Shown here: positions 18,991-27,372 of the stretch, one piece after another
How the letters are laid out: each line of letters begins with the position of its first letter
Numbering within the stretch: position 1 is the first letter of the stretch
NCBI GenBank assembly: GCA_039801565.1
Contig: JBDRUX010000001.1
Location: 1 to 64,000, forward strand
Length of the DNA: 64,000 bases
Direction of reading: 5' to 3'
Source: a candidate division WOR-3 bacterium
GTDB taxonomy: Bacteria > Hydrothermota > Tepidihabitantia > Tepidihabitantales > JAOUPE01
Translations under genes and position numbers: made by a program
The notes under the pieces: model-generated
The model's database searches: none
Told to the model about the DNA's origin: nothing
The model's input: only the letters and a program-made list of their open reading frames with translations

Positions 18991-21156
18991 ATGGTCAATT
19001 TGATAACTTTCTTCCTTTTTCTGTTTACGCCTGTTAAAGCAATGTCCAAAAGCGATTTTAAGCCGATTCATTACCAAAAGGTTTATCGAAGTAAAGATTG
19101 GGATTCACTCAATTCACGGTTTATTGGTAACTGGCCTTTTGGTGAAAGTTGGACATTAACTTTGGATACAGCAAGAAATATTGTTTTTCTTGGTTCTGGT
19201 GGGGGCGTTCTGGCAATAGATATTACAAATCCTTCCGACCTCCGTAAATTAGGAGAAATTAGAACTGGAGGAAGGGTTCGCGAGATGGTTTTAAAAGATA
19301 GTATTCTTTGCATCGCTTGCACAAATCAAGGGGTCGAAATCTGGAATGTGGCGAATGTTTCACAGCCGACTTTCTTAAGTTCTATTCTAGGTCCTTCGAA
19401 AGAAGTGGCTGTCAAAGATTCCTTTGCTTATATTGGAGGTAATAATTTAAGAATTTACAATATACGCAACCCTCAAAGACCGGTTGAAGTAAATTCTTAT
19501 GGAAATTGGTGGGAAATTGTTGATTTGACGGTTTCGGACTCTTTTGCCTATCTTACTGGGTACGGAATTGATTCGTCGGGTCTGTTAATCATCAGTATTC
19601 AAAACCCGACAAACCTCTATGTAGTAGGATTTTTAGATTTAGACAGCACCTTAGGAAGTATTGCAATATTAAATAATTATGCTTACATTACAGGTTATGG
19701 TTTACGCATCATTGATATTTCTAATCCAGCAAATCCTTATGAAGTTGGGTCGTGTATCACTCCGGTTTGCGGAACTGCTGCGGTTGCAATTTCCGATTCA
19801 TTTGCTTATGTTGCTAATGGCACACGGGGGCTGACCATAATTAATGTACAAAATCCAACAAATCCATTTGTGGTAGCAAATTGCACAACCACAACTTGGA
19901 GTGTTATGGTAGATATTGCAGTCTTAGATTCCTTCGCTTATTTGGCTGATGAGAAGAGTAAACGCGGGTTATGGGTTGTAAATGTCTCTAATCCTTTAAA
20001 CCCATTCGAAGCTGGTTTTTATACTGTGCCTGGTTGGTCATTTACTGTGGTGCTTGAAGAGAATTATGCCTATCTTGTTGGCTGGGAGGATGGTCTGCGA
20101 ATTCTCAATATCGAAAATCCTTCTTATCCTTATGAGGTTGGTTCATTTGCCACTGAACATGGCGCACAAGGTATAGCAATTAGAGATACTTTGGCTTATC
20201 TCTGCGATTTTGGCAAAGGATTAAGAATTCTTAATATAAGTGACCGCTCAAGACCTGCTGAATTGGGATTCTGTCCAACACCTGGTGCTGCCTGTGCGGT
20301 AGTAATAAAAGGTAATTATGCCTATATTGCGGATGGCACTTATGGCTTGCGAGTCATCAATATTGAAAATCCAACCAATCCTTATGAAGTTGGTTTTTGC
20401 GATACACCTGACTACGCATGGAGTATTGCGATTCAAGACTCTTTTGCCTATATAGCTGATGAAAGAGGTGGACTACGCATAATAAATATTCAAAACCCAG
20501 CCCATCCTTATGAGGTTGGTTCACTTTTGATACCCGATGGACCGGTAGTTGTAGCGGTAAAAGATTCTTATGCCTTTGTTGGTGGCTATGAAGGTGGAAA
20601 TATGAGAATTATCAATGTCGGAAATCCGGCTAATCCTTATGAAATTGGATTTTTTGAGACCTATGGTCCTTGTTTTGGGATTTCTCTTGAATATCCATAT
20701 GCCTATGTCTCGGATTGGTTTTGGGGTTTTTGGATTGCAGAGATAAGTGAACCTTCAAATCCGGTTCGGATGGGCTATTATAGGACACCTAACGCTGCCT
20801 ATGGGTCAGCATCGCGCCCACCTTATGTTTATGTTACAACTGGCTTATGCGGACTACAAATTTACGAAAATCTTCTGTTAGGAGTTGAAGAAAAGAAAAT
20901 CAGCCGTTTAGTGACAAAAGAGTTTGTAATTTATCCCAATCCGGCAAAGTCTGTTCTTGCTATCCGCTTACCGCTTTTGGCTAACCGCCAAAATATAAGA
21001 ATCTTTGATGTTTCAGGAAAGATGATAAAAGAGATTGCCGTTACCGAATCCAATCGCGATAACAATGAAATAAAAATATCGCTGAAAGGAATCAAGCCAG
21101 GAATTTACTTCTTGCAATTTGGCAACCAGACCAAAAAGTTTCTGGTCGTGAAATAA
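18991..21156 (+). CDS. LVIVD-repeat beta-propeller protein with T9SS-type C-terminal sorting domain
   Basis: More than 10 repeats of AYxAD..GLRIINIxNPxNPYEVG; C-terminal IYPNP...IFDVSGKMI...GIYFL...KKFLVVK. Confidence 0.9.
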   Translation: MVNLITFFLFLFTPVKAMSKSDFKPIHYQKVYRSKDWDSLNSRFIGNWPFGESWTLTLDTARNIVFLGSGGGVLAIDITNPSDLRKLGEIRTGGRVREMVLKDSILCIACTNQGVEIWNVANVSQPTFLSSILGPSKEVAVKDSFAYIGGNNLRIYNIRNPQRPVEVNSYGNWWEIVDLTVSDSFAYLTGYGIDSSGLLIISIQNPTNLYVVGFLDLDSTLGSIAILNNYAYITGYGLRIIDISNPANPYEVGSCITPVCGTAAVAISDSFAYVANGTRGLTIINVQNPTNPFVVANCTTTTWSVMVDIAVLDSFAYLADEKSKRGLWVVNVSNPLNPFEAGFYTVPGWSFTVVLEENYAYLVGWEDGLRILNIENPSYPYEVGSFATEHGAQGIAIRDTLAYLCDFGKGLRILNISDRSRPAELGFCPTPGAACAVVIKGNYAYIADGTYGLRVINIENPTNPYEVGFCDTPDYAWSIAIQDSFAYIADERGGLRIINIQNPAHPYEVGSLLIPDGPVVVAVKDSYAFVGGYEGGNMRIINVGNPANPYEIGFFETYGPCFGISLEYPYAYVSDWFWGFWIAEISEPSNPVRMGYYRTPNAAYGSASRPPYVYVTTGLCGLQIYENLLLGVEEKKISRLVTKEFVIYPNPAKSVLAIRLPLLANRQNIRIFDVSGKMIKEIAVTESNRDNNEIKISLKGIKPGIYFLQFGNQTKKFLVVK

Positions 21157-21272
21157 ATTGTAACGGTGCGGTAGCGAAGCGGTGCCGAAGGCACAATTAT
21201 CGCCTAAAGGACTTTTAGCTTGTTTTAAGGAGTCGGATAAATCCAATCGCTATTGTCTTCTACTCCACCTGT

Positions 21273-21485
21273 TTCTTTTCCTAACCTACCTTCGTCTAAG
21301 TCTAACAGCTCGCCTACTAACCAGATTACCAGACCTTTTACTAGCTAACTTACCAGCCGGCTCCCGAGTCAGCTCACCAACCAACTTCAAAGGCACGCTA
21401 CGGAACCAGTCCGTGCCTTACCCCCTACACTGCCCCTGATACTGTATAGGGGGTAGCCGGGGGCTAGCCCAACTCCTACCCTCCC
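21273..21485 (-). repeat. 12-bp-periodic degenerate array with G-rich head, copy 1
   Basis: Consecutive minus-strand 12-mers ctttgaagttgg, ttggtgagctga, ctcgggagccgg, ctggtaagttag, ctagtaaaaggt, ctggtaatctgg, ttagtaggcgag. Confidence 0.8.
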
Positions 21486-21595
21486 TTGGTTCTTTCTTTA
21501 GCAAAATCAAAGTCTTAACGAGTTAGAGCCTAACTTACTTAACACCATCATCAATTTGTAGGTTTTAACTTAAAAACAACAATAGACTGATTCGA

Positions 21596-21625
21596 TGTCA
21601 CGTCGCCAAAATCCTTCCGTCTAAT
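21596..21625 (+). promoter_or_regulatory. Candidate ECF-sigma promoter of the capsid-like gene
   Basis: TGTCAC-N16-CGTCTAAT upstream of the AAGGAGG RBS. Confidence 0.4.
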
Positions 21626-21663
21626 AATAGTGACAAAAATAGTTAAGAGAAAGGAGGTGTATA

Positions 21664-22032
21664 ATGGTAAGAAATGCTTTACGCAGGATTCAGAAATGGG
21701 ATAAGAAACTATCGGGCGATGTCTTAAGCCAACGCGTTAGTGAGTTAAAGCCGATGATGTTTTCACAAGTCGAAGCCGAATTCCCAACGCTTGTGAAGGT
21801 CGAAGAAAAGGTTAAGACGGTACTCGGTGAGTTCGGCGTTCCGTCCTGGCAGAATCCGCCTTATCTCAATTATAGCCGAGCGCTTTATAAATTGAGCAAG
21901 CGGTTTTGCGGTAACCAATTGCGCAAGATGGCGAATGTGGCATTAGTGAAGTGGTTGGCACTCGATTTAGACCAGCGCATTCTTGAAGCGATTCGCGACA
22001 CGGTCTTTTCCCTAACCGCACCAACTTCGTAA
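21664..22032 (+). CDS. Putative SIRV2/Adnaviria-type major capsid protein homolog
   Basis: Strong RBS; 122 aa; RRIQKWDKK, P..VKVEEKVKTVLGEFGV, Y, G.QL..M, ILEAI pattern collinear with the rudivirus MCP as recalled from memory. Confidence 0.75.
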   Translation: MVRNALRRIQKWDKKLSGDVLSQRVSELKPMMFSQVEAEFPTLVKVEEKVKTVLGEFGVPSWQNPPYLNYSRALYKLSKRFCGNQLRKMANVALVKWLALDLDQRILEAIRDTVFSLTAPTS

Positions 22033-22153
22033 GAGAATGCCAGTGTTTAACAATAACAGGGACATCTTTGCTTGGTAGTGACACTCTTAGCGCAAAGAGG
22101 TTGACAATGAATTCACCTTAAAGATAATGTCTTTTAAAGGCAAAAGGAGTAAT

Positions 22154-23857
22154 ATGAGCAATAATTTTAAAAATTTGCCCGACGCTGCCAAGCAAATGAT
22201 GAATTGGTCTTGGATAGATATCGAACCCTATTATAAGGAACTGCAAGCCTATAAGCTTAGTGCTAACAATGTGAACAATTACTTAAAAGACTGGACAAAA
22301 ATCCACGACTTAGTCGACGAGGTCTATAACCGACTCTATGTGGCAAAGGATGTGAATACAATGGATAAAGATGCCGAAGAACGTTATCAGCGATTCCTTA
22401 ATGAGATATTTCCTAAGGTACGCGAAGCCGAACAGAAACTGAAGACTAAATTGTTAGATAGCGGTTTGCAACCCTCGGGTTTTGATTTACCCTTGCGCCG
22501 GATGGCAACCGAAGCCAAAATCTTTCGGTCGGAAAACCTGCCCCTTTTGGTTGAACAACAAAAATTAGGCATTGAGTATAATAAAATCATCGGTAGCCAA
22601 ACCGTAGAGTGGGAAGGCAAAGAACTAACGATTACTCAATTAAAGGTGGAGTATCAGAATCCTGACCGGTCAAGACGTGAATATGCCTTCCGCAAAATTT
22701 CGGAGCGACAATTGGCTGACCGTCAGGCACTTAATGATTTATGGCAGCGTTTTCTGAAACTTCGGCTAAAAATTGCCCAGAATGCTGGATTTTCTGATTA
22801 TCGTTCTTACCGTTGGCAAGAACTTTTGAGATTTGATTATACTCCAGAAAATTGCCAGCAATTTCATAAAGCAATCTCAGAGACCTTTGTGCCCGCTGCG
22901 GTGCGGATATATGAAAAACGGCGGAAAGATTTAGGTATTGATGTTCTAAAACCCTGGGATTTGGATGTTGACCCCAAAAACCTACCGCCATTAAAACCAT
23001 TTGTTGAGGTTTCCGAACTTCAAACCAAGACCGCTAATATTTTAAATAAGGTCTCTCCCAAGATTGGCAAGTATTTTCAAACAATGGTTAAAGAAAATCT
23101 GCTTGACTTGGCAAATCGGAAAAATAAGGCACCCGGTGGTTATTGCACAACCTTTGAGGCTTCGAAACGACCATTTATTTTTATGAATGCGGTCGGAATG
23201 CATCAAGATGTGATGACCTTGCTGCACGAAAGTGGTCATGCCTGTCACAGTTTTGAAGCCAGTAACCTGCCTTATTTTCAACAACGCCAAGTTGGGTTGG
23301 AATTTGCTGAAGTTGCGTCAATGGGAATGGAACTTTTGGCATCGTCCTATCTGCTTAAAGACCAAGGCGGTTTTTATGAGGCAGACGACTTTCACCGAGC
23401 AAGAAAAAAGCACCTTGAAGATATTATCATCTTTTTACCTTATATGGCAGTGGTTGATGGTTTTCAGCATTGGGTCTACGAAAATCCTAATCAGGCAATG
23501 GAGCCGGATAATTGTGACCGGTATTGGGCAAAATTATGGAACCAATTTATGGTTGGTTACGATTGGCAGGGATTGGAAGATGTGATGGCAACTGGCTGGC
23601 AACGAAAACTTCATATCTACCTTGAACCTTTTTATTATGTCGAATATGGTTTGGCACAACTCGGGGCGTGTCAGATTTGGGCAAATGCGCTCCAAGACCA
23701 AGCGACCGCGGTGGCAAATTATCTCAGTGCCTTAGCCTTGGGTGGCACCAAGTCTTTGCCAGAGTTATACCAGCAAGCCGGTGCTAAATTTCGTTTTGAT
23801 ACCAATGCATTACAGATGATTGTTGACCTATTAGAACAAAAAATTGAAGCCGTTTGA
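22154..23857 (+). CDS. M3 family oligoendopeptidase
   Basis: KAPGGYC, TLLHESGHACH (HExxH), EFAEVAS, PFYYVEY; AAGGAG RBS before ATG 22154. Confidence 0.93.
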   Translation: MSNNFKNLPDAAKQMMNWSWIDIEPYYKELQAYKLSANNVNNYLKDWTKIHDLVDEVYNRLYVAKDVNTMDKDAEERYQRFLNEIFPKVREAEQKLKTKLLDSGLQPSGFDLPLRRMATEAKIFRSENLPLLVEQQKLGIEYNKIIGSQTVEWEGKELTITQLKVEYQNPDRSRREYAFRKISERQLADRQALNDLWQRFLKLRLKIAQNAGFSDYRSYRWQELLRFDYTPENCQQFHKAISETFVPAAVRIYEKRRKDLGIDVLKPWDLDVDPKNLPPLKPFVEVSELQTKTANILNKVSPKIGKYFQTMVKENLLDLANRKNKAPGGYCTTFEASKRPFIFMNAVGMHQDVMTLLHESGHACHSFEASNLPYFQQRQVGLEFAEVASMGMELLASSYLLKDQGGFYEADDFHRARKKHLEDIIIFLPYMAVVDGFQHWVYENPNQAMEPDNCDRYWAKLWNQFMVGYDWQGLEDVMATGWQRKLHIYLEPFYYVEYGLAQLGACQIWANALQDQATAVANYLSALALGGTKSLPELYQQAGAKFRFDTNALQMIVDLLEQKIEAV

Positions 23858-24027
23858 TCTGATTTAACGCAAACTCACTATCAGCCACCCAAGATACCGA
23901 ATTTTCTGAAGATTTAAGTCATTCGGAAAAATTAAACACATTGATAAATTTTGGTCTCGACTCTTAGTTAGTTGGTTTTTGCTTGACAATACAAAAAATT
24001 TTGGTATAATTAAGACAAGAAGGAGGT

Positions 24028-25794
24028 GTGAAGATGCGAACCCAAAAGTTAGCTCTTTTGGCTATAACTATAATTACAACTCAACTCGTGGGTCAGGCAT
24101 TGAACGAAAATTTTTCCGCCAATTTCCCACCCGAGTTGTGGAAGGTCTATAATCAGGATGCCGGGCAATTTACTTGGAGCAAGAGCTATATCAAATTCTT
24201 CTCTTGTCCAGCCTGTGCTCGGGTTCGGTTTGACGGAAGAACTATTACTAACGACGACTGGTTAGTGACCAGAAAAGTCTATCCGACTCCTAACAACAAT
24301 CAATTACGATTCTTCTATCGGAGTCATAACGCCCGTCCGGAGAGTCTCGAAATCTATGTCTCGACGACCGCCAACCGCCCGGAGGATTTCCAATACCGGC
24401 TTGATGCTTTTCGATTTAATAACCCAAGTTATGCCGAAAGAACTTATTCATTAGCGCAATTCGATTCCACGCCAATCTACATTGCTTTCCGTTATCCTAA
24501 AAGATTTGGTCGAGCTATTTATCTGGATGACATAACCGGTCCCAGTTATATCCCTAAAGACGTCGGGGTAAAGGGAATTGTCACGCCGCCCCTTTATCTT
24601 GGGCACGGCACCACAGTGTATCCACAAATTATCGTGAAAAATTATGGCGCCCAAGAAGCCGAAAGTTTTCAAGTGAGTTTAGTAATCACTGATTCCCTAA
24701 CTAGTGGTATCGTCTACAGTAGTGAACAGACAGTGGGTAACCTTTCGGCACAAGATAGCGTCTTAATTACTTTTCCTTTGAGCTGGCAGTCTCAGGTTGG
24801 GACCTATCAGGTTACTGCATTCACTCAGTTGGCCGGGGATATGGATTTGACTAATGACACCGTACATCAACGGACTCAAGTGGTGACTGCCGATTTAAAT
24901 GATGTGGCAGTGACGGCAATACTTCGTCCTCAAGGAACTTTGCCCCCAGGCACAATTACGCCGCAAGCGATGGTCGCCAACTACGGCACCAATACCGCAA
25001 CCTTTTTAGTCGCCTTTGATATCATTCACGAGAACAACACCGTTTATACTGATACAGAAAGTATCACCTTAGAGTCGAACCATTCCGCAATAATTGATTT
25101 TTCGGCTTGGATAGCAACGAGTGGCATTTATCAGAGTGTAGTGAAAGCGATGATTGAAAACGATGTGGACACGACTAATAATACCCTAACCGATATGTTT
25201 GAGATTATCACTTACTATCGCGATGTTGGTGCTATGCGGATTGTGGCGCCAACTGGTGAGTTGCTCCAATATTCGACAGTTGTGCCACAGGCGGAAGTGG
25301 AAAATTTTGGCGATTTGACCGAAACCTTTTGGGTTAAGTTTTGGATTGGTGAGGACTACGAAGACAGCGTCAATGTAACATTGAATTCTGGGGAAAGCCA
25401 ACTGGTCAATTTTTCACTCTGGACAGCCAATGAAATTGGTACTTTTGCGACTAAATGCTCAACTGCATTTTCCGACGACGCCGACCCCCTTAACGATTTT
25501 GTCACAGATTCGGTGAGGGTTGTCCCTGGTGCAGCCCTGAACGAGAACCTATCACCTTTGACTTTTAAAATAACGCCTAATCCGTTTGAAACGAAACTGA
25601 CATTTTCCTTAAATCCGGAAACGGAAGCGACCGTTGCCATTTATAATTCGGCGGGAATTTTGGTAAGACGATTGCAAGTTAGAAATGGTACAAACTGGGA
25701 TGGCACTGACGAGAAGGGTTATCGGTTACCTAAAGGAATCTACTTCCTAAGAATTGAATCGAATCCTTTGCCAAGCAAGGTCATCTTTCATTAA
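24028..25794 (+). CDS. Secreted protein with cleaved-adhesin-like domain, CARDB-like Ig repeats and FlgD/T9SS-like C-terminus
   Basis: DDWLVT, IYIAFR, IYLDDI; repeated DVGV/DVAV...NY/FG...D...NDT; PNPF...WDGTDEKG...GIYFLR. Confidence 0.8.
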   Translation: MKMRTQKLALLAITIITTQLVGQALNENFSANFPPELWKVYNQDAGQFTWSKSYIKFFSCPACARVRFDGRTITNDDWLVTRKVYPTPNNNQLRFFYRSHNARPESLEIYVSTTANRPEDFQYRLDAFRFNNPSYAERTYSLAQFDSTPIYIAFRYPKRFGRAIYLDDITGPSYIPKDVGVKGIVTPPLYLGHGTTVYPQIIVKNYGAQEAESFQVSLVITDSLTSGIVYSSEQTVGNLSAQDSVLITFPLSWQSQVGTYQVTAFTQLAGDMDLTNDTVHQRTQVVTADLNDVAVTAILRPQGTLPPGTITPQAMVANYGTNTATFLVAFDIIHENNTVYTDTESITLESNHSAIIDFSAWIATSGIYQSVVKAMIENDVDTTNNTLTDMFEIITYYRDVGAMRIVAPTGELLQYSTVVPQAEVENFGDLTETFWVKFWIGEDYEDSVNVTLNSGESQLVNFSLWTANEIGTFATKCSTAFSDDADPLNDFVTDSVRVVPGAALNENLSPLTFKITPNPFETKLTFSLNPETEATVAIYNSAGILVRRLQVRNGTNWDGTDEKGYRLPKGIYFLRIESNPLPSKVIFH

Positions 25795-25814
25795 AGCCGC
25801 CTCTTGAACCAGAG

Positions 25815-25849
25815 GAGGAGAGTTGTTTTTCAACTCTCCTCTTTTCTTT
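25815..25849 (+). terminator. Rho-independent terminator
   Basis: gaggagagttg/caactctcctc stem followed by T-rich tract. Confidence 0.8.
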
Positions 25850-25853
25850 CTTA

Positions 25854-25882
25854 TTGACAAATGCCCTTATTTTATCTATATT
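25854..25882 (+). promoter_or_regulatory. Sigma70 promoter of HU gene
   Basis: TTGACA-N17-TATATT. Confidence 0.7.
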
Positions 25883-25991
25883 TGCGGTATGACTGTGCTG
25901 GCAACCGTTGATTTTCAATGCTCCGACCTTTTAGGTTTCTGGAAAATCAATTGGACCAGCACAATTTTTTTGAAAGGAGGTGAAAGAGTAA

Positions 25992-26264
25992 ATGACTAAG
26001 GAAGAAATTATTAGCAAGATTGCCAAAGAGGCGAAAATCTCCAAAAAGGCAGCAGCGATTGCGCTCAATAGTTTTACCGATGCAGTAACAACTACCCTCA
26101 AAAAAGGCGGCAAACTATCCCTGGTCGGGTTTGGCACTTTTCTAACTCGCAAGACCAAGGCGAGAATCGGTCGTAATCCGCAAACCGGCAAGAGTATTAA
26201 AATTCCTGCGCGTCGGCGTCCGGTATTCAAAGCAGGCAAAGCATTAAAGGATGCAGTCAAGTAG
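25992..26264 (+). CDS. hup: HU family DNA-binding protein
   Basis: LVGFGTF, ARIGRNPQTG, PVFKAGKALKDAV. Confidence 0.96.
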   Translation: MTKEEIISKIAKEAKISKKAAAIALNSFTDAVTTTLKKGGKLSLVGFGTFLTRKTKARIGRNPQTGKSIKIPARRRPVFKAGKALKDAVK

Positions 26265-27372
26265 CAATAAATCGCTACTAAACAATTGTGGGGGGGACTT
26301 CCCAATTGGTCGCATAAGCCAGAAAATTGGAAATCCCTCCTACAACTTATTCAATTTAAAGCCGGTAATATTTAATAACCACCGCCTCGAGATTCTGGAT
26401 CAGACAAAACTGCCCAACCAGGTCGTTTATCGTCGTTTGAGAGATTACCGGGCGGTTGCCGAAGCCATAAAAACCTTACAGGTTCGGGGGGCACCGTTAA
26501 TTGGCATCACGGCTGCTTTTGGTTTGGCGCTGGAAGCTAACAAAAAGAAGAGAAATCTCAAAAAGCATCTAATCCGAGTAGCGGAAGTTCTAAAACAATC
26601 ACGACCCACTGCGGTAAACTTGGCTTGGGCACTCGACCGGTGTCTGGCCCGGATAGAAAATGTCCCAGAGCCAATATTAGCCGAATCCGTGACCGCCGAA
26701 GCGGAAAAAATCTACCAAGAAGAAACGATGCGGTCATTAGCTTTGGGTGAAATCGGCGCCAGACTTGTTAAGAAGAACAGCAATATCATTACAATTTGTA
26801 ATACCGGTAAGTTGGCAGCACCGGGCTTGGGCACAGCCTTAGCAGTGATTTACACCGCTTTTTTTCAAAAAAAGAACCCAGCAGTTTATGTTTGCGAAAC
26901 CAGACCACTGTTACAAGGAGCGCGCTTAACGATGTTTGAATTGGTTCAAGCCGGCATACCAGCAACATTAATTACCGATAATATGGTCGGAGCCGTTGTC
27001 CAAGAAAAGCAGATTGATATGTTTTTGGTCGGAGCTGACCGAATTGCCGGAAATGGTGATACCGCAAATAAAATTGGGACATTAACCTTAGCAATTATTG
27101 CTCACTATTACCAAAAGCCGTTTTATGTTGTCGCCCCGGTCTCAAGTTTTGACTTGACGAAACCGAATGGCGCTGAAATCCCAATCGAATTAAGGGATAA
27201 AATTGAAGTAACACAAATTATGGGGAAACCAGTCGCCCCGCAAAAAGCCAAAGTTTATAATCCAGCATTTGATATCACACCTAATGAATTAATTACCGCC
27301 TTCATCACCGATAAAGGTATTGTTTATCCACCGTTCCACAAAAATATCTGCAAAATATTGAAGGCAACTTGA
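26251..27372 (+). CDS. mtnA: S-methyl-5-thioribose-1-phosphate isomerase (true start probably further downstream)
   Basis: LDQTKLP, VRGAPLIG, RPTAVNL, ETRPLLQGARLT, GADRI..NGDTANKIGT. Confidence 0.92.
   Translation: MQSSSNKSLLNNCGGDFPIGRISQKIGNPSYNLFNLKPVIFNNHRLEILDQTKLPNQVVYRRLRDYRAVAEAIKTLQVRGAPLIGITAAFGLALEANKKKRNLKKHLIRVAEVLKQSRPTAVNLAWALDRCLARIENVPEPILAESVTAEAEKIYQEETMRSLALGEIGARLVKKNSNIITICNTGKLAAPGLGTALAVIYTAFFQKKNPAVYVCETRPLLQGARLTMFELVQAGIPATLITDNMVGAVVQEKQIDMFLVGADRIAGNGDTANKIGTLTLAIIAHYYQKPFYVVAPVSSFDLTKPNGAEIPIELRDKIEVTQIMGKPVAPQKAKVYNPAFDITPNELITAFITDKGIVYPPFHKNICKILKAT

Noticed and set aside
21182..21439. 85-aa ORF with Leu roughly every fourth residue
   Set aside because: By-product of the 12-bp array; no RBS and no equivalent started ORF in the other copies.
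21182..22126. Intact prophage or provirus around the capsid-like gene
   Set aside because: No integrase, replication, packaging or other virion genes and no att pair; flanks are ordinary cellular genes.
25894..25971. SRP or 6S RNA identity for the HU leader hairpin
   Set aside because: Lacks the SRP GNRA-capped domain IV motif and is too short for 6S.
25931..26305. Antisense ORF over HU, and similar shadow ORFs inside fabF, ppdK, acyl-CoA dehydrogenase, purD and ktr genes
   Set aside because: Opposite-strand or off-frame shadows of well-supported genes.
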